This document shows positions 37,385 through 49,639 of a stretch of 64,000 nt of DNA, piece by piece (the first letter of the stretch is position 1; every line of letters begins with the position of its first letter). The stretch comes from Anthoceros angustus (Eukaryota > Plantae > Anthocerotophyta): the NCBI GenBank assembly GCA_010909165.1, contig VJWM01000258.1, forward strand, positions 62,001 through 126,000. Direction: 5' to 3'. Under the pieces are notes generated by a model. It did no database searches. It saw nothing but the letters and a program-made list of their open reading frames with translations, and was not told the DNA's origin. The translations under genes and the position numbers were made by a program.

Positions 37385-38215
37385 GGAAGAGTGGTGGTGC
37401 TCCTTCCTGTGGAGATAGATGTTCCTTCCTGTGGAGAGTGGTAGTGTTCCTTCCTGTGGAGAGTGGTGGTGCTCCTTCCTGTGGAGAGTTGTGTTCCTTC
37501 CTGTGTAGGACCTATCTTGGGAGTGGTTTGCTGAGGCGGTGCTCTCTTCGCTCGCGTATCTATATATTCAATCTTGATGTATGTGAGCTCCACTATATTC
37601 AAATATCATATATCCATCACAAAGCTTCTATGCTATGTCATCGAGGGCAATGATCTTGGCTGGGGCTCCTTTATCCTCAAGATGTTAAGCCTTATATATC
37701 AAGGGAGCATATGAACTTATTATTTAAAGTGCCGGATCTTGTGTTGACAAGAACTAGGGGTTGAAACCCTCGATGGAATATGTGCCGTACGTTGAATCAA
37801 TAATAGAGTATTGCTTCTGTGGAGATAGATGTTCCTTCACATGGAGAGTGGTGGTGCTCCTTCACATGGAGTGGTAGTGTTCCTTCACATGGAGAGTGGT
37901 GGTGCTCCTTCCGTGGAGAGTTGTGTTCCTTCCTGTAGTACCTATCTTGGGAGTGGTTTCTTGAGGCGGTGCTCTCTTGCTCGCGTATCTATATATTCAA
38001 TCTTGATGTATGTGAGCTCCACTATATTCAAATATCATATATCCATCACAAAGCTTCTATGCTATGTCATCGAGGGCAATGATCTTGGCTAGGGCTCCTT
38101 TATCCTCAAGATGTTAAGCCTTATATATCAAGGAGCATATGAACTTATTATTTAAAAGGAGCCGGATCTTTGTGTTGACAAGAACTAGGGGTTGAAACCC
38201 TCGGTGGAATATGTG
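37385..38215. repeat. ~430-bp tandem duplication; each unit begins with a ~25-bp minisatellite (TTCCTTCCTGTGGAGAGTGGTGGTG)
   Basis: CCTATCTTGGGAGTGG occurs at ~37511 and ~37940, with near-identical sequence following each through GGGTTGAAACCCTCG. Confidence 0.85.
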
Positions 38216-38485
38216 CCGTCGTTGGCGGATAAATTGAAGATCGAAGGCATAGAACCTTTTGAGGATAAAGTGAAGATTGACAAGGCATGGTACATCTTGG
38301 GTGACATGCGGTTCTTAAGCTATATGGAATGAGCCAATGGTTGGGAAGATATTTTCACATTCGAATCGAGGTGAAGATAAGGGATGTTATCCAATTACAA
38401 GCTCATTATATTGGCGCTTTGAGTGCAGTGCTACTGTGATTACATGTGCGAGTTAATCTTTATATATTGGCTACTTGGAGGCTAG

Positions 38486-38730
38486 GCCCTAGATGTTGCG
38501 GTGAGTGTTATGCCCTAGGTGTTGCGGTGATCTTGGGCCCTAGATGTTGCGTTGATGTTATGCCCTAGATGTTGCGGTTGAGTGTTATGCCCTAGGTGTT
38601 GCGGCTGAATGCTAGGCCCTAGATGTTGCGTTGAGTGTTATGCCCTAGGTGTTGCTGAATGCTAGGCCCTAGATGTTGCGACTGAGTGCTATGCCCTAGG
38701 TGTTGCGGCCGTTGCTAGGCCCTAGATGTT
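38486..38730. repeat. ~25-bp minisatellite (GCCCTAGRTGTTGCG core), ~10 copies
   Basis: Directly visible tandem repeats. Confidence 0.85.
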
Positions 38731-38849
38731 TGCGATTGATTGATGGTTCGGTTGATTGTGTGATTGTTGTGAGCTCTATTACATGTTCGTGAGTCCATTT
38801 TCATCTGATTCTTTGCTTATCGCTTTTCGGTTGGGCTTCTTCCGCCATG

Positions 38850-41830
38850 GGGATCTCCCCGGCTTTGAGTCTTGAGTTACAGGTGTGGGCGTTAGTTTGG
38901 TGGTTGGCAGTGGTCACATGGGTTGCACCCCTCTTGGCTGGGGCCCTTTGGCGGCCTTTTGGGGTTCGCCATACGACTCAAACTCTGTATGTCCGGTCAG
39001 TGGGTCATTTGCCCTCGGTCCCGGTACCTCTTGACCTGTTACCCTTCAAGCGCTTGCAGGCCCTTTTCGTCCCCATCCAATGGGGCGATCCACACCCTCC
39101 GTGTCGAGGACACTCCTTGTCGATCATGCTCAACTCTCTTCGGCGTCAAGGGGTGAAAACTCACCTCGGGCACATGCATAAAGATTTCGACCGGACTACA
39201 GGCTGCCCAAGTGCTGCGACCTCCTCCACGTCCGCCCGGCTTTGGCGCCGAGCTTTCTCCTTGTGGTGCCTCTTTCTTCACAGGAATGGTTGCGGTCGGT
39301 GGATCACATCCTTGGGATGTTGAAACCCGCTTTCCATGTCGCGTATCTTCCGCAGCTTCCTCGGCACCTTCACGATGATGCCGTCGGCATTTCGTCTTCC
39401 CTAGATCGCCTTGCACTCGATCCGGGATGAGTTAGCTTGGTGTCTCCTCCTTCTTCTCCCGATGGTGTCTTGATTGCACTAGGGGAGCCGGGCACCGTGA
39501 AGTTGCTAGCCGTCTTGCGTTTTATGGCGGGCGGCTCTTGAGGAGGAGGCATGCGTCTTTGCCAAGTCCGGGCGGAATCGCTCGCTTGGAGCAGTACCGT
39601 AATGCAACAAACCTACGCGCCGTTGCTTGGCAGGCGGGTGAATATGCCGCTAGGGCTCTTGACCCGTCCCTTTGGCCTCCGCTTGAAGAGACAATTGCGC
39701 CCTCCGTGCCTCCATCCGCCACCTAAGGATGCCATTCCCGGACATATCCGACTATGTCCCGAGGATCCCTTCTCCTGGACCGGCGGCTTTTGCTCGCTCT
39801 CTCCACAACCCTCGCCTTTCATCCGGTTTGTCGGGAATGGTGTTCGAACACCTTAGGGACCTCTTTCTCCCGAAGATCCATCCAGCGGCTTTCCAGAGCT
39901 CTTTTCTCTGGCTGCTGCGGTGGCTCGTGGAGAGATGCCTCACCGGATTTCAGCTGTTCTTGCAGCTAGTAGGCTTGTCGCTATGGACAAACCTGCCCCT
40001 GGCTCGGGCGTGCGCCCACTCGCGGTTGGGGAGGCCTTCATGCGGCTACTCGGCACTCGCCTCTGGTCGCTCCCTTCTCCAGACACTTCAACCCCTTCAA
40101 TTTGGCATTGCCACTCGGCTGTGATGCATGGTGCTAGGGGTGAAAGCTTGCCTTGATACCCACCCGGATTGGGTAGTCTTACAGGTGGATGTCGAGAACG
40201 CCTTCAATACCATTTCCCGGAGCGTCATCTTTGAGGAGCTTAGGGATGCTGGCGGCGTCTAGAGTCTTATACCCTTTGTCCGGTGCTTCTACGGGAGGTC
40301 CTCCAACCTCTACTACCAGCACAAGAACGTCTCTTCAGGTTTCGCCGTCTCCGTCTTGGAATCGGCCACAGGTACCAGGCAAGGCGACCCGCTAGGCGGT
40401 GCTCTCTTCGCTATTGCTCACTATAGGGCCCTGTCTAGGGCCGCCCTCTCCGCGCGCGACTGTGTCTTCCCTTCGTTGGCAGACGATTCTCACATCCTCG
40501 GGCCTGGGGACAAAGTCAAGGAGGCCTTTGAGATATTCTCTTCCGAGCTTTCGTTGGTGGGCTTGAAGGTCAAGATGTCCAAGTGCAGCGTGGTCTCGTC
40601 GGGATCCACGCCTACTCTGCGGTTTCTGCTGGGAGATTGCTCGGCTCTTGATGCAGTTCTTGGGGTCCCCTTTGGTTCCCCGACTTCATTGGGAGCTTCT
40701 GGACAAGGCCCTTGGAGGACCTCTCCCATATTGAAGACCTCCTTTCTTTGGAGGATGCTCGGTGGCCTTTGGAATCCTTTCCTTCTTTTTGCTAGGCGCC
40801 ACAGGTACCTCATCGTCTGCCTCGTCTCGGTCCTTTTGTCCGGCTCGGGGTTTGATCTGAAGATTATGGATACTCTTGGGGACATCTTGGGCTCGGGGCT
40901 TTTGAGTGCCACAGGGGCGACTGGCCAGCAAGCATCCACTGTGCAATTTGGGCGTGGGGTGCTCTCATCGAGGTCTCTTCCCGGCTTTCTTGGGAGTTGG
41001 GCCCTCTGCCTGCCTTGGCTTCCGTTTCATCCTCCATGACAAGCCCTTTCTCGAGGATCTCGTATCAAGTGTGGAGGAGGGAACCTTCTCTCTCAATCGT
41101 CCTTGAGGCGGGCCGGAGACATGTTATCGGCGGATGCTCGGAAGGACTTCCCTCCTTTCTCTACATTTATCAGATGGCTTTAGGGATTGCGAGGCATCTC
41201 GCCGAGAAGCGGCTCGGCCGAGCTTTTGATCATCCTCCGGGACCCCTCCATCTCGAGTCCACTAGGCGGCTCGCTCTTGTTGCAGGAAGGAGGCGGTGCA
41301 GCTCTTGGCCCGCCCATGCATACGGGATTTCACATCGCACCAACCACCTTCACTCTGCGATGCGATTCCGTCTCGGCCTACTCCACTGTGGCTTCTTCGC
41401 TCCTCACTTGTGAGTGCGGCTCTGCTCTTGGCGTCTCGGTGTCCACCTTGCTCGTTGTCCCCACGGGTCATCGATTGCCACTCATGGCGCCATCCGTGGC
41501 GTCATGTTTGCCATTGCTCGCGAAAGTGGCTATATGGCTGGAGGAGGCGGGAGTATACTCTTCTTACAGTCGTTCAATCGGGGCGGACTTATACCTTGTC
41601 CGTGGCGACGAGGTTGTGGTGGCGGATGTAGTGGTTACCGCCGCGTGGCGCCACCTCCGCTCAGTCATCACCTCCAGTGGGCTGCTGCCGTCTGCGGCTC
41701 TCAAGGTCCATAAGTATAGCGGGATGCAAGCGGGCCACCTCTTTATCCGCTTGCTCTAAAGCGTATGGGGCAATGGCGAGGACTTTGACAAATTCATCAA
41801 GTCTTGTGCCAAAGCTTACCATCTTGTGAG
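38850..41830 (+). mobile_element. Degenerate CRE-clade-like non-LTR retrotransposon (RT + CCHC knuckle + restriction-like endonuclease)
   Basis: Frameshifted fragments: ASRLVAMDKPAPGSGVRPLAVGEAFMRL, HPDWVVLQVDVENAFNTISR, GTRQGDPLGGALF, SLADDSHILG, CECG...HLARC.HG..IATHGAIR, ADLYLVRGDEVVVADVVVT, LKVHKY. No AP endonuclease seen. Confidence 0.8.
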
Positions 41831-42262
41831 CATAGTGCGTGTCCCTCTCGTACTTCACATACTTCCGGCGGGTTTCTATTGCTCTTCAGGCGCTCTCAGC
41901 GATTCTCCATAAGGCGGCGGCGGTGGGTGATGCCTTTTCCTCTTCCTCCATGGTTTTGCGGGCCGTTTATTCTACACCGCATATGACATTGTGGGTGCGA
42001 TTGGTCACTTTAGGTAGGGAGCTCGGTTGCTCCTCTTCACTCCGACCCCCGGGTCCCCATTTGTTGTCCCTTCCTAGATGGTCTCTTTCCATCGTTCTTT
42101 CACCTCAATAAATCATCTCCTATGCGGTGGTTAATTCAATCAATGTTTAGTCCTATATTTATAGGACTCTAATCAATAAATGAACAATTACAAGATCGCA
42201 TCACACGTTTTTTAAATCTAGAAATACATGTAAACAACATACAAAACACTCTTTCTATTATA

Positions 42263-43317
42263 TTGCATTAGTAATCCAGCAAAGTACTTGTTGCATGATA
42301 TGCCATGCGCATTACTTTAGACAACGAATACTTTGAAACCAAGAAAAAAAATGCTTATCAACTACAATTTACTGCCTTCACTTCTGAAACCTTGGTCCCC
42401 CAAAAAATAACCAAGCACCACCAATTAGACTAGGTGACCATACTTGATTGGTATACATTTTTCCATTATACTTTTTAGGAACATCATGTGCAATTTTAAC
42501 CCCATTAGCATCATTTACGACAAATCCTTCCTTATCATCCAAGCCTGCAGTATACTGTAAATTGGTTTGATAAGATGTTGTATGAACACCACCGCATATT
42601 GGACCTATAGCATTTACGCCATATCTTCCATTGCCCATTTGCACTTGGGAATCTAAATCATACATAAATACATCTCCTCCCCATTGCACAAAGTTTGCGT
42701 TGTCTTGCAAAAGATCCTTCGTGAATATTGAAGATGGCCAATAACCAATAGGTTTGCTTTCAATTGTCAACCACAAATCTCCATCCGCTTTAAAATTGCA
42801 TTAGTAATCCAAGTACTTGTTGCATGATATGCCATGCATTACTTTAGACAACGAATACTTTGAAACCAAGAAAAAATGCTTATCAACTACAATTTCGCCT
42901 TCACTTCAAACCTTGGTCCCCCAAAAAATAACCAAGCACCACCAATTAGACTAGGTGACCATACTTGATTGGTATACATTTTTCCATTATACTTTTTAGG
43001 AACATCATGTGCAATTTTAACCCCATTAGCATCATTTACGACAAATCCTTCCTTATCATCCAAGCCTGCAGTATACTGTAAATTGGTTTGATAAGATGTT
43101 GTATGAACACCACCGCATATTGGACCTATAGCATTTACGCCATATCTTCCATTGCCCATTTGCACTTGGGAATCTAAATCATACATAAATACATCTCCTC
43201 CCCATTGCACAAAGTTTGCGAAGTTGTCTTGCAAAAGATCCTTCGTGAATATTGAAGATGGCCAATAACCAATAGGTTTGCTTTCAATTGTCAACCACAA
43301 ATCTCCATCCGCTTTAA
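42263..43317. repeat. ~530-bp tandem duplication of the neprosin-like last exon plus 3' flank
   Basis: Units 42263-42795 and 42796-43317 are nearly identical, differing mainly by small indels. ORFs 42378-42776 and 42887-43324 give near-identical peptides. Confidence 0.92.
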
Positions 43318-45061
43318 GCTGCATTACAATAGATCATTATATAAAATGAAGAAATTTTATATTCCAAGTACATACTAGAACTTTGTCAAAAATATATTTG
43401 TAATAAAAATAGATTTTAACTTATATAACTTACCTTATTAATACCAAATAACATGGTTTTGCCAGAATAATCACCAGTAAATGCACCACCCAATACATAT
43501 GTAGGATCCGTTTGCACAAATCCAGCACATGCATGATTATAACAGTCGTTGTCTTCCGTCTGTGTAAAGGGGACAATACTAAGTTAATGATTCATATACA
43601 TTTTAGTAAAACAATCATATTCATGTGTACTACATACCGTCCATCTTATCAACAAATGAGCTGCGATATTATTTTTAAGTAATGATGGATACACCTGCGG
43701 AAGTAAATTTAATAGAGAAGTCAACTAAGATGTCACAAAACTGAGAGACATAAACTTGGCAAAATGAGTGACTAGAAAATGATAACTTACATGCCATCCA
43801 ACTTGAGCTAAATTCGTAGTATCATCCAAATATGAGGAAAATACAACAGACACGTGAGAGTTTGTGTAATCTTCTGATGTTGCATTCACGTATGGTTGCC
43901 AAAAACTAATTCGAGCTCCTCCTCCATTAAATGTTCCTTTGAGATTACCAACTACATACTAGACAATGTAAAACAAAATTTAGTAAAGTAGTAAACTAAA
44001 AAGAAAAAAAATATGGTCTCAAACTGTAATATGTATTATGGTTTAGTGAAAATTTCATGTACATGAGTTAGATCAAAGTTAACATTGCTTTGAATCTTAG
44101 CATCATTTTGAGGATATTCGTATTTTGATAATTGAAAACTTTTGGCCCCATATGCCGTTGTACAGGTATAGTTCCCTGCGGACATGATCCCACTTCTACA
44201 TGATAGAGCTGGCTAGGACGTGTCTCCACACTTTCTGTTTTTTTCAATGTAGACAATTCTGGTGGTGGTTTCTGCAACATATCAATCAAATTGTAGTTGG
44301 ATTTCAATAACTATCATTAACATAAAATGTGAAGAACAAGTGATGTGTGCCAACCAACGTACTTGAATAACGTTGTCTTTAAAAGATGGATGTTGTAAAG
44401 TCGACTGATACTCCATCTTTACACAATCTATTACCGTATCCCAAAGGGTAATTCGACGTTAATTAATTAAAATGAATAAAATTTGAAAATCCAGAAATTA
44501 TTATACTTAAGATGTTGAATAGGTAAAAATTTATGAGTTTATGATGCCGAAAACAAGGAAACTAGGGTTTGTGTGGAAAATTAAGGCATGTTTAGGGGAG
44601 GTCTATACATATCCATTAGTTTTATATATACACCTATGTATTTTAATAAATTTTGAAATTTGATAAAATTATTTTTTGTAAATTTTGAAATTTTGAAAAT
44701 ATAAATATTTATGTTGAACCTTATTTTTTTAGAAAAATAATTATTTCCGCATTATCCTATTGAACCACCCCTCGGGGTACGGTATTGTGCCATCAAGAGA
44801 GCTGGAATACAAACAACATCAACCAAGTAAATATCATACATTGCATATAACATGCTATGGAAAAAGTAGGAACACATTGTGGAGTATAGTAAATACATTA
44901 TGGGATTTCACAAATGGTGTATGAAGATTTAAGTTTGAAGCACCATTTAGGGATGAAGATGAAGTAAAATTGTCTCTAAGAATTTCCCCATGACTAAGAT
45001 TTGAGAAATGCCCAAACATAAGCAACACCAAACCCAACATCAAAATTGCACAGGACTTCAT
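42887..45061 (-). CDS. Secreted neprosin-family (DUF239, peptidase G3) protein, ~7 exons, AT-rich; catalytic Glu positions altered
   Basis: Signal peptide MKSCAILMLGLVLLMFGHFS. Propeptide TVIDCVKMEYQSTLQHPSFK and CPQGTIPVQR. Domain motifs GARISFWQP, LAQVGWH, CYNHACAGFVQT, IGYWPSSIF, QWGGDV, QMGNG. The exon-2 acceptor is unclear. Confidence 0.82.
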
Positions 45062-45489
45062 GTTTATTAGACAAAAGGCAACTGAATGCAAATGAATGTG
45101 ATTGAGGTAATGATACTTTATGTTGTAGTTGAGGAACATATATAGATCCTTTGAAAATATTTTTCTCGATAATTCTATTTTTCCTGCGCTGAAAGTACTA
45201 AGAGATTCGAGACAATGTTTCTGATAATATATATAGTGAAAATTGTGATTCATTTTCAAGGCATTTTGATAAAAATATGCAAGCTCGTTAACTTAACTTG
45301 CCAGATTTAATACTAGAAAATAAAATAATCAGTATTTTTTCTAATTTTTTTTTATTTCTTGCAAGTCACACGCACTTCAACACATCTCAAACCACATTGC
45401 CAAGGGTTGCGACCAAACGCACTTGCACCAGCACCAACATCCAGAACAAAAAGTTGTTTTTGGGGGAAGTTCTAAGGGGTTTTATGAAA

Positions 45490-45630
45490 CACATCGTGCA
45501 CAAGGTTTATCCAGTGATTTGTTTATCGGAAGCTCTATAATGGCAAGTGGATGCCATGTAGTTGCAAGAGCTTTTAGAGGATACTCACAATTAACAGAAG
45601 ATATACCCATAGAAGATGTATACATGTGGT
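45490..45630 (+). pseudogene. Small PLS-PPR relic
   Basis: HRAQGLSSDLFIGSSIM resembles the IRAQGLEADVFIGSSLV L/S junction of the intact PPR gene. Confidence 0.35.
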
Positions 45631-46010
45631 GATCAAGATTAAGATACGGTGATCATGAACATACTTTTGATTAGCAGGCCGAGCTAGGGCCGGAAGCTCT
45701 GGCTCTGAAGATGTATCAAGCGTTAGAGGCAATTTTGCCTTACAGAATGAATGCAAACCCTGCATGAAGCAATGGGGCCCACCATCCAAGCACTCGCCTA
45801 AGACAAGTGCCCTTTAAGAAAGTCACCGGGCATGAACAAAAACCCGTCTACTTTGCAGAAAAATATGCAAAAAAAACCATCTACTTTACTAGCGCAAGTC
45901 TATAATGATGCCATCTAAGATCGAACTCACGTCCATTAGATCACAAATTCACCCACCAGTATACTATAATAGCACACCATCACCATAGCAGCAAGTTTCA
46001 TATAAAAGGA

Positions 46011-46308
46011 GATTTTAAACTTATGAAGGTTTTATGAAGATTTAAACTTATGAAGGTTTTATGAAGATTTAAACTTATGAAGGTTTTATGAAGATTTAAA
46101 CTTATGAAGGTTTTATGAAGATTTAAACTTATGAAGGTTTTATGAAGATTTTAAACTTATGAAGGTTTTATGAAGATTTTAAACTTATGAAGGTTTTATG
46201 AAGATTTTAAACTTATGAAGGTTTTATGAAGATTTTAAACTTATGAAGGTTTTATGAAGATTTTAAACTTATGAAGGTTTTATGAAGATTTAAACTTATG
46301 AAGGTTTT
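46011..46308. repeat. 27/28-bp minisatellite GATTT(T)AAACTTATGAAGGTTTTATGAA, ~11 copies
   Basis: Near-perfect head-to-tail copies with no spacers. Confidence 0.95.
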
Positions 46309-46987
46309 AGTCGTCACATTCTTGTGACCAAGTCAAATCAAATACTTATGAGCTTCTTCCAGTCGCCACACTTTGCATACATGTTTACTGTGGCCAAATA
46401 CATCACTTGAGTCCTCGTTCCTTAATGTGTGCATGGAGCTCCTTACCACAGGCTAAAGCGGGCACCCACACTTGCACATGCAGGAGACTGCAAGTGTGAT
46501 GGAATTGGGTGCCACGATGCCTTCTTCTTGCATAGCCACAGCAAGATGGAGAGCTTCACGCCCCATGCCTGCTGGAATATCACGCTATCATGGCAGTCCA
46601 TGTCACGACATCCTTCTCACGAAGCGAATCAAACACTCGTTGGGCGTCATCCAAGCTACCACATGCACCATGAAGCATGGGAAGAATGCAACGATATGGG
46701 CATGGGGAAGCAGTTATGGAATGGCCTCATTGGCACATAGATACTGGAACCAGAAGGCGCTCGTCTTGGGCGATTCTCGGATGAGGGGCCCCACTGCTTA
46801 GTGGGGCATAGCCTTGAGTTTGTAAGGCTAAATATCCACAGGCATATCAAGTAGCTTGGCATCTCTTCATGTGTACTTTTGTTCGTATCCTTTAATTTTT
46901 GGTTTAATCAAGTTGGTGTTCCAACATTCAAGCATGTGCAATTTGGAAAATATGAATGTCATGTACACACATTCGTATTCATGGTCG

Positions 46988-47790
46988 ATCATGATGGACT
47001 TCTCTTCTTGCTCCTCGCTGCGGTCCCAACCTCCGAGGCTTGCAGCAGCGGGCTCCGGTTGGCTAGATAAACCCCATTATACTTCCAAGCCCTCGCAGGC
47101 GTGCATCCCAGCTTGCCCGCAACCGCCATAGTCAGCAAGCCCCGTCCATCTGACCTCCCTCCCTTGCCTGCAGAGCATGCCGCCCTGCAACACACCGAAG
47201 TCGCTGCTATGGCCGTAATCGCCATGGCCTTCTTCACGGATTTGGCACAATACCAAAGATACATCTCCGGGGAAAAGAAAGGGTCATATGAAACGAATCG
47301 TGCGTGAGGTCTTTGACAAGTGATATTTTCTCGGAAGCTCTTTGGTGCATATGAATGTTGCATGTGGGAGCTTGGGATGCTCACAATGTATTTGGTGCTA
47401 AAGGTTCTCAAATCTTTGTGATGTAGGTGCTAAAAACATCTAGTGACCTACATATCTTGCTCAACTTGGCTTCCCTATATTCGATAACGGAACTCTTACT
47501 CTACCAACTATGTAATGATCAACATATTATATATATTTTATATCTACAAAAAATATCAAATAAATCTTGCAAGAAAATGAGAAGGATGGTGATACGTAAG
47601 TCTCCCAAGAAAAACTCATTCATAGCCTTGCTACCCGCCGATATCCTTAGAGAGAGTTCTACGGCGCGGGCTCTTTTGTGATCATAATGATAATGATAAT
47701 GGTCGACCTACTTCTCGAGGGGTAGGTAAGATCTCTAGAAAATGAAAGTCGTAAATTTGCAGGAAATAAAAAGTTATGAATAAGAAGACT
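46988..47790. repeat. Copy 2 of the IGPD 5' leader/promoter block (orphan, no IGPD coding exons)
   Basis: Translates [29 protein letters not shown], versus [29 protein letters not shown] in copy 1. Similarity stops at the ATGATCG matching the 35292 ATG. Confidence 0.85.
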
Positions 47791-48555
47791 ATATAAAAAT
47801 CTATATTATTATATTATATTATGCATTGTCTCTAGATATTGTAGCAACCAGAGTGGACGTTTTCAGTCCTACCCTTGCTCTTTATTACAACCTTTTAGTC
47901 TTTCTCACTTAGCATGAGTATGTGAACCTTGAGCTAATGCTCAAAGTGACTCGCAGCTAGTTTTTCCCCAAAATGTAGATAAGACCTTAGATGTCAAGGA
48001 TAACATGCCCTCTACCCCTTTATCTCCTTCTTCTTCCTCCCCACCTCCTCCCCCTTCCTCATCCCTGAAGTTGTCCTCCACCTCCCTTGCCACCATATCC
48101 TCCTCCTCCTTCCCTTGGCCCCTCCTCCTCCTCTTGCCCAGGTCACCTACCTCACCCCCTCCAGCTTCTTCCCTATCTCCACCTTCATCACCTTCTTGCC
48201 CCCTTGCCATCCATCGCTCAGCGGCCCCTTAGGTACCCTCCGTTAGCAGTTGTTTATCCTAAACTAATGCAACATATAATGCAAGGAACTTGGACTAACC
48301 AAAAATTGTACGTGGTGATGGGATTACCTGCTCGCACCCAAGATCCTCTTTTACAGGTTCATGAAGTATGGTCTCCACTTGCCCCAAGACTGGTTTTGCT
48401 GTTGCACTCCCAGCTAGAGAAACAGGCGGCGCTTTTTCTTTGGCAACGAGAAGTGGACAACGCGAAGGCGCTCAATTCAAGCAACTTTTAGTTCGTTGAA
48501 GCCCTCTTAGAGGATTCTTAGTAACGATATTCTAATTAATTTTCGACAAGACCTA

Positions 48556-49095
48556 CACTACAAAAAAAAAGACTCTTTTGGCGACCAGGGTTCTTAAGGC
48601 TCTTTACAACACTTGAAAGTACCTGGGACAAAACTATTTACAAGAGTCGAAAGTACCCTGAGACGAAGGTTCTAAAGACTCTTTACAACATGTGTTTACA
48701 ATAGGTTGCCCCGCAGAACTTTAGAGGGCCCGAAGGACTTTACAATAGGTGGCTCAGTAGGGCATAAGAGGGCCCCTAAGGGATTCCAAGGGTTTAGCGC
48801 CGAAAGGCTTTACAACAAGTGCCCCCGTAGAGCATGAAAGGGCCCAACATCTTCTGAGGGCTTTACAACAGATGACCCCGTAGGACATAAAAGGGCGCCC
48901 AAGGTACGGGGACGAGGTCCCTTTCCTTTCCTTCCCCTCACCTTAGGACATGAAAGGTCCCCGAGGTCTTCTAAGAGCTTTACCACAGGTGACCTCATAG
49001 AGCCTCGTCCCCTTCCTTTCCTTCCCCTCACCTTGGGGCATGAAAGGTCCCCGAGGTATTCTAAGAGCTTTACCACAGGTGACCTCATAGAGCAT
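48556..49095 (+). mobile_element. Possible left end of a CACTA element with subterminal repeats
   Basis: CACTACAAAAAAAAAGAC followed by repeated CTTTACAAC/CTTTACAAT motifs and an ~86-bp duplication. No matching right TIR found. Confidence 0.4.
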
Positions 49096-49639
49096 CATAG
49101 GGGGAGGGAGTGGGAGAAGAGAGGGGGGAGGGGCGGGGGGTCGTGTCAGTATTGGGTAAGGGTAACACCCCATCCCAGTGATGTTCTTATCAAAGGTTGC
49201 TTGACTCTGGAGTTATAACAAACTTTTGTCTAAATGTTTCTCCAATATATACTATCCACTAGGTTTAGAATATTTATTTCATAATTTAAGAAATTCAGAA
49301 GAAATTATATAAAATATCCCAAGGCCGTCTTCGGGACTCAGATCTGATCGCTGGTGGAATTCCATCACTGGGATGGTATTCTCAGGAAACAAATCTCTTT
49401 TATTGCTTTGTGCCAAGGTGTTAGATTCGTTCGAGCGCGAATTCGTGCTAGCAGCTGCCTGCGGTACCGATGTCGTAAATCGCTGTTGTCTGTGGTATCG
49501 CTTGTTTCTGTTTACTTCTCAAAGGTGCCCCAAGTGCTGTCTGCCGACGAAAACGATGTTTCGAGATCATGCACTTCCCCTCTAATTTCCTTTCATTTAT
49601 TGCAGGTCTTGTTGAAGGCAGACATCGTGGTTGATTAGG

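Noticed and set aside
46011-46308. CRISPR-like array (also considered for 54795-54985 and 59218-61325)
   Set aside because: The repeats are head to tail with no unique spacers, there are no cas genes, and the context is eukaryotic.
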